Of a stretch of 64,000 bases of DNA, positions 40,715 through 49,719 are shown piece after piece. Under the pieces are notes generated by a model. It worked only from the letters and a program-made list of their open reading frames with translations. It was not told the DNA's origin and did not search any database. A program made the translations under genes and the position numbers. Position 1 is the first letter of the stretch. Every line of letters starts with the position of its first letter. Source of the DNA: Promethearchaeota archaeon (GTDB lineage: Archaea > Asgardarchaeota > Lokiarchaeia > Sigyniarchaeales > SOKP01); the NCBI GenBank assembly GCA_048940445.1, contig JBHLON010000010.1, positions 22,102-86,101 on the forward strand. Direction: 5' to 3'.

Positions 40715-41728
40715 TCAAGATTTAATTTCTTGACCGCAAAAAGGACAAATTAATACAGCTGCATCAAGCAAATTATTACAAAAAGGACATGTTATTTTTA
40801 CAATATGGTCATCATCCTTTAGACTTAAAAGAAACTCATTAATATTTTCATGGGTAACAATCAAATATTCTCCATCAATCACAAAATTAAATTTTTTCGC
40901 CCATTTAAATATTTTATCCGCAAATGATTTTTCATCCATTTCCAAGGCATTTCTCATCATATCAAGCTTTATCCTATTAGAAACTTTAATCATCGATTTT
41001 ATTTTTTCAGTACGTCTTTTTTCCAGTTCCATTAAACGAATTTTTTCAGAATCCTTATAAGTAAGCACCTGGTTTAATAATTCCAGAAATTTAACTGTCT
41101 TGATCTTATCCCTTATTAAATGATTTAAACGTTTTTTAATGAATAAAAGAGAAAAAGCGCGATTATTCTTAGTTACAATTTTAATAAATAGATCTGCACT
41201 TTTAGATTGCCCTATTATTTCTTTAACTTCCAAAATATTAATTTGTTTTAAGTAATCTTCCTTAAATGGCTTAAAAGACACGAAATTTTCAGTTAATAAA
41301 ATTATTCCCTTGTTCAAGGTAGATTTCCAGTCATTCATATTCGGAATACCCTCCCAAAAAGCTCCTTTGGATTCAAAAAGTATAGGCAATTCATTTTTTG
41401 CGTACAATCGTGTAATATGCCTAAATAAATCTTCTGACAATCTCCTTGAATTTGAATGATAACTATCTCTATTTAAAAGTGGAAAAAATGCATAACAATT
41501 ATCTTTAATATCTATTAGTTCAATTACTGGAATTCTATTTCTACTCTTAATATAAAATCCTTTAATATTTGATAATTTTACCTCATACCTTATTTTATCA
41601 ATATCAGATTGAAAAGATATTTTACTTTCATTTAATTGAATAGTCACTCTTGCTCTTTTGGATATAAGAGCTCTATAGGATGGAATTCCAGAGGTAAAAT
41701 TACCAGATGATTCAAAGTGGATGACCAT
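40715..41728 (-). CDS. Tandem PH/GRAM-like domains, winged-helix-like domain and Zn ribbon
   Basis: Two beta-rich repeats (KGIILLTENFVSF), each ending in a helix; VSNRIKLDMMRNAL...FVIDGEYL; CPFC...CPFCG. Confidence 0.6.
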   Translation of the reverse strand: MVIHFESSGNFTSGIPSYRALISKRARVTIQLNESKISFQSDIDKIRYEVKLSNIKGFYIKSRNRIPVIELIDIKDNCYAFFPLLNRDSYHSNSRRLSEDLFRHITRLYAKNELPILFESKGAFWEGIPNMNDWKSTLNKGIILLTENFVSFKPFKEDYLKQINILEVKEIIGQSKSADLFIKIVTKNNRAFSLLFIKKRLNHLIRDKIKTVKFLELLNQVLTYKDSEKIRLMELEKRRTEKIKSMIKVSNRIKLDMMRNALEMDEKSFADKIFKWAKKFNFVIDGEYLIVTHENINEFLLSLKDDDHIVKITCPFCNNLLDAAVLICPFCGQEIKS

Positions 41729-41928
41729 TCTATGTTGAAAAGTAATAATTTAGGAATTTATAATTTTACATTATGATTTTAAAAATATTGTTACTATTGC
41801 AGTTTAAGAAGTAAAGGATATTGTATATTTTGGATATATTATTTAGAGAGGGAGTGAATTATGGATATGAATGATCTTACAGACCTAATTTTTATATTAG
41901 TTGGAATTTTAACAGTTATTACTTCTAT

Positions 41929-42840
41929 CTAAACTTTACAAAATTCCGAGTCATTAGTTGATATAAGTTGCAATGTTGATTCAATAATATTATATTTTTC
42001 ATTCAAATAATTATTAATCTTAGAAATTAAACTTCCTTGATTGTTATTCAGAAATTTATCTTCTACTTTTAGATATGCGGAAAAAACTAACATGTCTGGT
42101 GTAATAGTCCACAAATGAACATTGTACAAATCTAAAATTTGTTTAAAGTTTTCTTTAAGCTCTTCGCTAACTATATCAATATTCAATCCTTTGGGTGCCA
42201 TTTCAAGAAGGATCCTAGTTGAATCTCTTAAAACACTCCAAGCCCAGTAAAGAATTATTATTGATATCCCTAAACTTACTAGAGGGTCCAAAAAGTTAAA
42301 TCCAGTATAAGATATGATAATAGATGCAATTACAATTCCTATTGATGAAGCTGCATCGGCAATCATATGATAAAATACACTTTTTACATTTAGATTTCTC
42401 CTTTGACTGCCACGTAATATAAGAACACTTGTTATATTAACAGATAACCCTATTAAAGCTATTATTAACATGTAAAATCCAAAGACTTTTTCAGGATTTA
42501 TAAATCTAAGAATTGCTTCATAAATAATAACACCAACTATTGGAATAAGAAAAATACCATTTATGAATGCGGCTAAAACTTCTGCTCTATAAAGTCCGAA
42601 GGTTTTATGGTGACAAGGAGGTTTCCTTGCTATGATAATTGCTAATAAACTTATTCCAATTGCAAAGGAATGTGTAAACATATGACCAGCATCACTTAGT
42701 AACGCAATACTGTTTGTTAAAAAGCCTCCAAAAATCTCTAAAATCATAACTGTAGTTGTAATAAGTAAGGATAATATTAACCTTCTTTTATCTATTGAAC
42801 GAAATTGGAATAAATGCTCATGGGTTGTACTTTTACTCAC
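41929..42840 (-). CDS. czcD: Cation diffusion facilitator (Zn/Co/Cd)
   Basis: SIALLSDAGHM, TFGLYRAE, HMIAD and VHLWTIT. Confidence 0.9.
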   Translation of the reverse strand: MSKSTTHEHLFQFRSIDKRRLILSLLITTTVMILEIFGGFLTNSIALLSDAGHMFTHSFAIGISLLAIIIARKPPCHHKTFGLYRAEVLAAFINGIFLIPIVGVIIYEAILRFINPEKVFGFYMLIIALIGLSVNITSVLILRGSQRRNLNVKSVFYHMIADAASSIGIVIASIIISYTGFNFLDPLVSLGISIIILYWAWSVLRDSTRILLEMAPKGLNIDIVSEELKENFKQILDLYNVHLWTITPDMLVFSAYLKVEDKFLNNNQGSLISKINNYLNEKYNIIESTLQLISTNDSEFCKV

Positions 42841-42923
42841 TGGTAATCATAATCCTTTATTTTTATTATAATTAAAGAAACTAATTTTAATAAAATCATA
42901 TCTTATTAATTAAAATTTAGAAA

Positions 42924-44147
42924 TTAATCTAGATTTCTACTTTTTCGATGAAAATATATAATAAAAAAACATAAAATGAAAGAACCGGAAAACAAAATGA
43001 AAGGAAAGGTAATTGAAACAAATTCCATAATATATCCTGTCATCATAGTTGATATTGGTATAACTACAGAATTTAAGGTAAAGGAAGCACCAGTGATTTT
43101 TCCTAAATCTTCATGTGGTACCCTTTCTTGCATTGCAGTCCAATATGGGATATTAATTAGAGGAAAATAAAAACTCCAAAAAAACAAAATTGAAGCTGAA
43201 AAAAATAAACTTGTTGAAAAAGTAAAAATTAAAATTCCAACCGCGCCCCATACATATCCAATAAGAGAAAGCTTTCCTTTTTTAACCCTAGAACCCCAAT
43301 GCCCGATCAGAATACTTCCTATCAATGAACTAGCGGAGACTGATGTAAATAATATCCCATATCCCTCAGAACCAGCATTCAATATTTTTTCAGAGAAAAC
43401 TGGCCAACCTATTGACATTGGACCATTGGAGAATAAAGTCATAATAATTGTCCAAGTGATTATTAAAATAAGTAAAACAGAATCATTTTTTATAATTTTA
43501 AACCCATTATTAATGTCATTAACAACATTTCGAAGAGAAATATTATTTATCTTGCTTCTGAATGTATATTTGATTGGGAAAAACAATAAACTGCCTATAA
43601 TCAATGTATATGCTGAAATTGTAAAAAGGCTTATATATCCTAGTGTATTAATCAAAAATCCTCCTGATAAATACCCTATCACATTTGAAAGCCACATAGC
43701 AGAATCAATCAATGCATTTGCAGGGTAAAGATTTTCTCTCCTAATGATTTCCGGCATAATTGCATTTATTGAATTAAGAAAAAAAGGGAATGATATTCCT
43801 TGAAGGAAAGAAAGAAGATAAACATGCCATATTTCAATAATCCCAAGGAATTGAAGAATTGGAAAGACTAGAATGACTATTCCCCGTAACATCAAGGAAA
43901 ATACCATCAAATTTAAGCGATTAAATATATCTGTTAACAATCCTGAAAAAAAACAAAAAATGAGCATTGGTAAGAAAATGAACGTATTAACAATACCAAG
44001 CTGGACTTCTGAATTAGTTTTAATCAAAACCCACCAGTTGATACTGACTGTGAAAATGGCACCACCTAAGCCAAAAGCGAGTGTTCCTATCCAAAGAAAT
44101 AGAAAGCTCCGATCTCCAAAAAGCTCAAGATACTTACTTTTTCTCAT
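42924..44147 (-). CDS. MFS transporter (MefA/DHA3-like)
   Basis: About 12 TM segments; GLLTDIFNR and QERVPHEDLGK. Confidence 0.85.
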   Translation of the reverse strand: MRKSKYLELFGDRSFLFLWIGTLAFGLGGAIFTVSINWWVLIKTNSEVQLGIVNTFIFLPMLIFCFFSGLLTDIFNRLNLMVFSLMLRGIVILVFPILQFLGIIEIWHVYLLSFLQGISFPFFLNSINAIMPEIIRRENLYPANALIDSAMWLSNVIGYLSGGFLINTLGYISLFTISAYTLIIGSLLFFPIKYTFRSKINNISLRNVVNDINNGFKIIKNDSVLLILIITWTIIMTLFSNGPMSIGWPVFSEKILNAGSEGYGILFTSVSASSLIGSILIGHWGSRVKKGKLSLIGYVWGAVGILIFTFSTSLFFSASILFFWSFYFPLINIPYWTAMQERVPHEDLGKITGASFTLNSVVIPISTMMTGYIMEFVSITFPFILFSGSFILCFFIIYFHRKSRNLD

Positions 44148-44330
44148 ATGAATCCTTAAAAAGTATGTATTGATATATTTAAGACGCTAAATTCAATTCT
44201 TTTATTGAATTAAAAATCAGAAAATTTTATAGTTTTTGAATTAACGTTTCTAAAGAAAGGAAAAAATAAGTCTTATTTTTTTTTATAATCAAAAGATTTT
44301 TTAAATTACAAAATTGAAGCGTATTTAGAG

Positions 44331-45137
44331 ATGGAATTAACTGAAGATCAAATTGAAAGATATTCTCGCCAGATAATTTTAAGCGAAATTGGGAGCATTG
44401 GACAGAAAAAGCTATTAGCTTCTAAGGTATCATTAGTTGGTTTGGGAGCTTTAGGATCCTCCGCAGCTTATTATTTAACAGCTGCAGGAGTTGGAAGATT
44501 GCAGTTGATTGACTATGATGTGGTGGAAATTTCTAATTTACATCGACAAATTCTTTATTACACTCACGATATAGATCATTATAAAACAGACACTGCTATT
44601 AAAAAGTTAAATGCACTTAATCCTGATTGCAAAATAGAAATTATCACTGAGAAGATTAATCCGGACAACTCAAGGAAAATTTTGGGTGATTCTGATTTTG
44701 TTATTGAAGGTTCAGATAATTTTCCAACAAAAATGTTAATCAATGATACCTGTGTGCATTTAAAAATACCATTTACAATAGCAGGAGTTTTAAGATTTCA
44801 TGGACAAATGATGACAGTCGTTCCTGAAGACAAAACAACATGTTATAAATGCATTTTTGATAATGTAAATGGAATGGATCCAAATATGACTTGTTCTGTA
44901 GCAGGAGTTATTGGAGCTGCACCAGGAATTTTTGGTTGTTTAGAAGCTAATGAAGCTTTAAAGTCTCTTCTAAATATTGGAGAACTAATGGTAAATAAAA
45001 TCTTGTTTATTGATATTCTTAGAAATACTTTTAGTTTTATTGATGTCTATCGAAACACTAATTGTAAATCTTGTGGTGAGAATCCAAAAGCATTTGAAGA
45101 AATCACAGACTATTGGAGTGAAGATTTTTGCAGGTAG
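44331..45137 (+). CDS. moeB: ThiF/MoeB/UbaA E1-like adenylyltransferase
   Basis: RYSRQ, GLGALG, SNLHRQ, CYKC, catalytic TC and CKSC. Confidence 0.92.
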   Translation: MELTEDQIERYSRQIILSEIGSIGQKKLLASKVSLVGLGALGSSAAYYLTAAGVGRLQLIDYDVVEISNLHRQILYYTHDIDHYKTDTAIKKLNALNPDCKIEIITEKINPDNSRKILGDSDFVIEGSDNFPTKMLINDTCVHLKIPFTIAGVLRFHGQMMTVVPEDKTTCYKCIFDNVNGMDPNMTCSVAGVIGAAPGIFGCLEANEALKSLLNIGELMVNKILFIDILRNTFSFIDVYRNTNCKSCGENPKAFEEITDYWSEDFCR

Positions 45138-45394
45138 ATAATAAAAGTGAAGAGCATAAAGGTTTTTATAAGCTAGATATAAGAGGAAAAGTTTGTCCAA
45201 TGACTTTTGTATATACTAAAGTTGAACTTGAGAAGCTTAAGAAAGATGATATCCTAGAAGTAATATTAGATTTTGAACCAGCACTTAAAAATATTCCAAC
45301 AAGTTGCGAGCGCCAAAAATTAGCAATTCTTTTAAAGACAAAATCAATTAATTCAAATCCAAAAGAGTGGATGCTTAGACTTAAGAGGATTTAA
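45128..45394 (+). CDS. tusA: TusA-family sulfur carrier
   Basis: LDIRGKVCPMT; overlaps the E1 stop. Confidence 0.88.
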   Translation: MQVDNKSEEHKGFYKLDIRGKVCPMTFVYTKVELEKLKKDDILEVILDFEPALKNIPTSCERQKLAILLKTKSINSNPKEWMLRLKRI

Positions 45395-45421
45395 TAATTT
45401 TCCTAGTTCCCATTCTAATTT

Positions 45422-45733
45422 CTATCCCCCGGCGATAGCAGGTAAAAATGAGAGCTCATCACCATCCTGTAATAAAGTTTTTAAATTATTGAGAGAACGG
45501 ACGTCTTTACCATTCTTAGCTATGATTATATAATCATTAATCTCATTTGGATTTTTTAATATTAGTTTTTCAAATTTTCTTCCAAAAACTAGAATTATTC
45601 GTTTAATAGCATCATTAATAGTAGATCTTTCATTAGCAAATAACATTATTTCATCCTTATTTGTTATATCGCTAATTACTGAGAAAAAAGAAACTCTAAT
45701 TTGGATCATATAATCTTTTTTAATATCATTCAC
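45422..45733 (-). CDS. MoaD/SAMP ubiquitin-like sulfur carrier
   Basis: NGKDV...LQDGDELSFLPAIAGG with C-terminal GG; start may be ATG 45709. Confidence 0.92.
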   Translation of the reverse strand: MNDIKKDYMIQIRVSFFSVISDITNKDEIMLFANERSTINDAIKRIILVFGRKFEKLILKNPNEINDYIIIAKNGKDVRSLNNLKTLLQDGDELSFLPAIAGG

Positions 45734-45826
45734 TTATGTTTACAATATAACTTTTAAGAATTAATTGTTTCCTTTATAAATTTAAATAATTATTTATAAT
45801 TTTCTAATAGTTAATAAAATAAAATC

Positions 45827-46777
45827 GTGATTTATATCTTAAAAAAGAAGATAACCGTTGGTTATTTGTCCACAGCCTATCATACTGCCTTCATTTTAAA
45901 GGAAAGAAAAGGTTTTAAGAACCGCGTGAAGGATGATGTGGAATGGTTATTATTTGGAACTGGGCCATTAATGGTGAAAGCTTTTTCAGAAGGACGTTTA
46001 GATATTGGATATATGGGCCTCCCTCCTGCTATTATTGGAATTGATTCCGGTGTTCCTATTAGATGTGTTGCTGGAGGGCATGTAGAAGGCACAATAATGA
46101 TTGCTAAATTAAATTATAAAAAGTTGGAAGATTTAGATTGGAATATGAAATCAGTACTCTCTCAATTCGATGGAAAAGCTGTTGGTGTTCCAAGTAAAGG
46201 TTCTATTCATGATGTTATAATTAGGTATTATCTTAAACAAAATAATTTACAAGATAATATTATCATACGAAATTATGACCAAGCAGAGTTCATTCCTGTC
46301 GATATGAAAAGGAATATCTTAGAAGCAGGCGTTGGAACCCCCTCTTTAAGTGCTTATGCTTCAACAATCTTAGACTCTCATATCATCATTCCCCCATTTA
46401 AACTATGGACTTATAACCCAAGTTACGGAATCTTCTTTCACCAAAATATTATTAAAGATCATCTTGGTATAGGAAATACCTTCTTAAAACAGCATAAGAA
46501 AGCCTCTGGCTTGTTAAGAAATAAGCAGAAAAAAGCTGCTAGAATAATTTCGAAATCTTTTGGATTAATCGACAAAAATTATGTCTTATCTGTTTTGAAA
46601 ATCTCACCTAAATATTGCATAGCTCTTTGTGACGATTATATTAAATCAACAATGAGATTTGTACAAATACTTCATGAATTGGGATATGTAAAAAGAAATC
46701 TTAGTGTTGAGGATATATTTGACTTTCAACTTATACATGAAATCCACCCAGAAAAGGAACATTACTCAGTATCATAA
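45827..46777 (+). CDS. SsuA/NMT1(THI5)-like type-2 binding-protein fold, no signal peptide
   Basis: VGYLSTAYH, GRLDIGYMGLPP and PSKGSIHD. Confidence 0.75.
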   Translation: MIYILKKKITVGYLSTAYHTAFILKERKGFKNRVKDDVEWLLFGTGPLMVKAFSEGRLDIGYMGLPPAIIGIDSGVPIRCVAGGHVEGTIMIAKLNYKKLEDLDWNMKSVLSQFDGKAVGVPSKGSIHDVIIRYYLKQNNLQDNIIIRNYDQAEFIPVDMKRNILEAGVGTPSLSAYASTILDSHIIIPPFKLWTYNPSYGIFFHQNIIKDHLGIGNTFLKQHKKASGLLRNKQKKAARIISKSFGLIDKNYVLSVLKISPKYCIALCDDYIKSTMRFVQILHELGYVKRNLSVEDIFDFQLIHEIHPEKEHYSVS

Positions 46778-46805
46778 ACAAAAATTAAAAAAAAAAGATT
46801 TAGAT

Positions 46806-48209
46806 TTAAAGTTGCGATTCGTCAATTTTAGGCATTTCCTCAGAATTTAAGTTTTCTTGAATTTCACGATCGGGCATTTCGTATTCTTTTAAATTTCCAT
46901 TCATAAACTCCTCGTAAGCCAACAAATCAAAGAAACCATGTCCGCTGAGATTGAATAAGATAACTTTTTTCTCACCATCCTCATTGGCTTTCAATGCTTG
47001 ATCAATAGCTTCTTTCACTGCATGAGCACTTTCAGGTGCAGGAAGTATTCCTTCAGCTTTAGCAAATTGAAGACCGGCACTAATTACTTCTGTTTGATAA
47101 TGCATAGATGTATTAATGATTCGATTATTATTCAAGATCGAAATTATGGGAGCCATTCCATGATATCTTAATCCTCCTGCATGAATTGGGCTAGGGATAA
47201 AATTATGACCTAAAGTATGCATTTTCACAATAGGTCCTTTCATTGCAGAATCTCCGTAATCCCACCGATACTCCCCTTTAGATACACTTGGACATGCTCG
47301 AGGTTCCACTCCAATTAATTCCATATCTGGACTTTTCCCATTTAATTTTTCTATGGCAAATGGGATCATCAAACCAGCAAAATTTGAACCTCCTCCCATA
47401 CAACCAATAATAACATCTGGTTTTTCAATATGAGCTTTAGTTAGTTGAATTTTTGCTTCTTGCCCTATAATTGTCTGGTGTAGCAACACAAAATTAACCA
47501 CACTTCCAAGAGAATACTTTATTTTATCACTTCGCATGCTATGTTCTAATGCTTCAGATATCGCAATTCCTAAACTTCCTGGATGTTCTTGATCTTTCTC
47601 CAAAAACTTTTTCCCTGAATCAGTTAGATTTGAAGGACTCGCAAAAACTTCGGCATTAAAGGCTCTCATCATTATTTTTCTCCCTGGTTTTTGAATAAAG
47701 CTCGCTCTTACCATATATACTGTACATTTTAGACTGTATAGACTACATCCATATGCTAAAGCAGAACCCCATTGTCCTGCACCAGTTTCGGTAACAAGTT
47801 CCTCTAATCCCTCTTTCTTTGCGTAATATGCTTGTGTTATAGCTGTATTAGGTTTATGCGATCCTGTTGGAGAAGTTGATTCATTTTTATAAAAAATTTT
47901 AACTTTATCTCCTTCTAAACCTAATTGCTGCTCCAATCCGTAAGCACGGTGGAGCGGACTAGGACGATATGTTCTAGCAAAAATTTCTCTTAGTTCTTTT
48001 GGAATGGGGATTAAAGGATCAGAAGAAAGTTCTTGCAATACACACTCTTTAGGAAAAATTGCAAATGCCATTTCAGGAGGAATGGGTTTCCCATCCATTG
48101 GATTTAATAACGGTGTCATAGGAGTGGGTAAGCATGGTAAAATATTTACCCAATTCTTTGGTATTTCGTTAGGTTGTAACAAGATCCGTCCATTAAATAT
48201 ATTTGACAT
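46806..48209 (-). CDS. trpB2: Tryptophan synthase beta chain, TrpB2 type
   Basis: SPTGSHKPNT (PLP Lys), TETGAGQWG, GGGSNF, HAGGLRYHG, PAPESAHA and NLSGHG. Confidence 0.95.
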   Translation of the reverse strand: MSNIFNGRILLQPNEIPKNWVNILPCLPTPMTPLLNPMDGKPIPPEMAFAIFPKECVLQELSSDPLIPIPKELREIFARTYRPSPLHRAYGLEQQLGLEGDKVKIFYKNESTSPTGSHKPNTAITQAYYAKKEGLEELVTETGAGQWGSALAYGCSLYSLKCTVYMVRASFIQKPGRKIMMRAFNAEVFASPSNLTDSGKKFLEKDQEHPGSLGIAISEALEHSMRSDKIKYSLGSVVNFVLLHQTIIGQEAKIQLTKAHIEKPDVIIGCMGGGSNFAGLMIPFAIEKLNGKSPDMELIGVEPRACPSVSKGEYRWDYGDSAMKGPIVKMHTLGHNFIPSPIHAGGLRYHGMAPIISILNNNRIINTSMHYQTEVISAGLQFAKAEGILPAPESAHAVKEAIDQALKANEDGEKKVILFNLSGHGFFDLLAYEEFMNGNLKEYEMPDREIQENLNSEEMPKIDESQL

Positions 48210-48236
48210 ATTAAATACCTTAAATATTTACTTTCT

Positions 48237-48252
48237 CACATCTTAGGATGTG
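48237..48252. promoter_or_regulatory. Small inverted repeat in the trpB2 5' region
   Basis: CACATC-TTAG-GATGTG, 28 nt upstream of the start codon. Confidence 0.4.
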
Positions 48253-48328
48253 TATCATTAAAAAATTGGAGATCAATGTAATTAATGCCCATTTAAAAAG
48301 AAGAATTAATATTTACAGAGGAAATATT

Positions 48329-48398
48329 AAAAAGAAAAAATAAATCTGAATAAAAACCGATGCAGTTGGCTCTATTGCCAACGCCAAGGCCACTGCCA
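48329..48398 (-). promoter_or_regulatory. Candidate attenuator: alternative hairpins followed by U-tracts
   Basis: GTTGGC-AATAGA-GCCAAC stem spanning the leader stop; GCAGTGGC can compete for GCCAACTGC; TTTTT and TTTTTTCTTTTT follow. Confidence 0.6.
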
Positions 48399-48422
48399 AG
48401 ATAGAATTCTTAGAGTTGCCAT
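48372..48422 (-). CDS. trpL: Trp-rich leader peptide MATLRILSWQWPWRWQ (not in the ORF track)
   Basis: ATG at 48422, four TGG codons among the last eight sense codons, TAG at 48372-48374; same strand as trpB2 and about 160 nt upstream of it; TATA-like TTTTTAAAT about 30 nt upstream. Confidence 0.85.
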   Translation of the reverse strand: MATLRILSWQWPWRWQ

Positions 48423-48534
48423 AATATTAAATAAAGTTATATCTAAAAACATTTAAAAATCTTTTGAAATTTACTTGAAATAATTCGAATTTTAATTCTC
48501 TACAAAAACTTTATGTTAAAGAGTTTTTAACAAA

Positions 48535-48903
48535 ATGCTAAAATTTTCGTTTGTAGTTGCTGCTGAACCATATAAGTATGAAGCAATTGATACAGTTATA
48601 AATTTAGGTGAAGCTGTTATTAAAAAAGGTCATAAATTGTTAGGCATTTTCTTTTTTGGCAGTGGTGTATATAATATTAAAAAAGATCGGAAGTTATTCA
48701 CCTCAGTTAGAGACTTACCGAAAAGACTTCAGGAGTTTGCTGAAAAAAACGATAGTAGAATTGCAGCATGCAGCACATGGGTAAGTATAACTGGATTGAA
48801 AGAATCAGACTTTATTACACAAGCATGTTCCGATGGATTAGGTGGGCTTTCAGAATTAATTGGAAATTCTGATCGCGTTGTATTTTTTGGGCCTGGGAGG
48901 TGA
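48535..48903 (+). CDS. dsrE: DsrE/TusD-like sulfurtransferase (copy 2)
   Basis: EPY, IFFFGSGVYN, AACSTW active Cys and GLGGLSE. Confidence 0.85.
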   Translation: MLKFSFVVAAEPYKYEAIDTVINLGEAVIKKGHKLLGIFFFGSGVYNIKKDRKLFTSVRDLPKRLQEFAEKNDSRIAACSTWVSITGLKESDFITQACSDGLGGLSELIGNSDRVVFFGPGR

Positions 48904-48909
48904 GGAGAT

Positions 48910-49275
48910 ATTACATCCGTTTTAATAATTTGTGAAGATTCTCCCTTCGGAAAAAATTCCGCTGTTGAATCAATTAGATTGGCTGCAGGAATTATAAGTT
49001 TGGGAGATATTGAGAAGTGCCAAGTATTATTACTAGGAGATGCAATATTCTTTCTAAATAAAAACGTGAATGCTTCAGCTACGAATATGGATTCACTTGA
49101 TGATATGATTAGGTTGATTGAATTATCCGAACTGCACATTATTGTAGCACTAGAAGATCTTATTGCATTAGGTCTTGATAAAAATGACTTAATTTCATAT
49201 CAGAATTTAGATTTTATGGATAATATGGCCGTTTCCAAACTAATATTGGAAAATGATCTTTGTTTTAAATTTTAA
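48910..49275 (+). CDS. dsrF: DsrF/TusC-like protein (copy 2), probable ATT start
   Basis: In-frame ITSVLIICEDSPFGKNSA upstream of the listed TTG matches paralog MIKSVVIISDQSPIGKNSA; GGAGGTGA SD. Confidence 0.82.
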   Translation: MTSVLIICEDSPFGKNSAVESIRLAAGIISLGDIEKCQVLLLGDAIFFLNKNVNASATNMDSLDDMIRLIELSELHIIVALEDLIALGLDKNDLISYQNLDFMDNMAVSKLILENDLCFKF

Positions 49276-49288
49276 TAAAGTGATATAA

Positions 49289-49621
49289 ATGGAGAAAATT
49301 CTTTATCTTTTTGGGTATAGTATAAACAATTATACACCATTAGTAAAAATAGTAAATATAATACGACAACAGAAGGAATTAGGTGCAGATATCTCATTTA
49401 TATTTATGCATGATGGTGTCATCGGTCTTACCAAAGAATCTAAATTAAATGACCCTTTATTAAGCCTCATCGATCTGAATATTTCTCTCTATATTCTTCT
49501 TCCTGATCTTAAAGCTCGTGGAATCAATCCAGATAAAGTATTAGATAATATCATTAAAATTGAATATGAAATTCTTGTAGACCTATTAGCAAGAAATTCA
49601 AGAATAGTATCTTGGTTGTAA
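49289..49621 (+). CDS. dsrH: DsrH/TusB-like protein (copy 2)
   Basis: HDGVIG, PDLKARGI and VSW terminus. Confidence 0.85.
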   Translation: MEKILYLFGYSINNYTPLVKIVNIIRQQKELGADISFIFMHDGVIGLTKESKLNDPLLSLIDLNISLYILLPDLKARGINPDKVLDNIIKIEYEILVDLLARNSRIVSWL

Positions 49622-49719
49622 TACTTTGTTAGTTGACATATCGATTTCTCTATAAAAAAAATTTTAAGTTTACAAAGAAAAATTCATACTTATTCAATAA
49701 AGCATAAAACGATGTTAAA

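Noticed and set aside
44331-45733. Eukaryote-type ubiquitin system
   Set aside because: The carrier is MoaD/SAMP-like and the E1 is MoeB-like; no E2, RING E3 or JAB gene nearby
48729-49139. 136-aa minus-strand ORF and the other antisense or overlapping ORFs in the track (e.g. 4236-4625, 10843-11217, 51701-52027, 55470-55772)
   Set aside because: They are shadows of well-supported genes on the opposite strand or in another frame, with no motifs of their own
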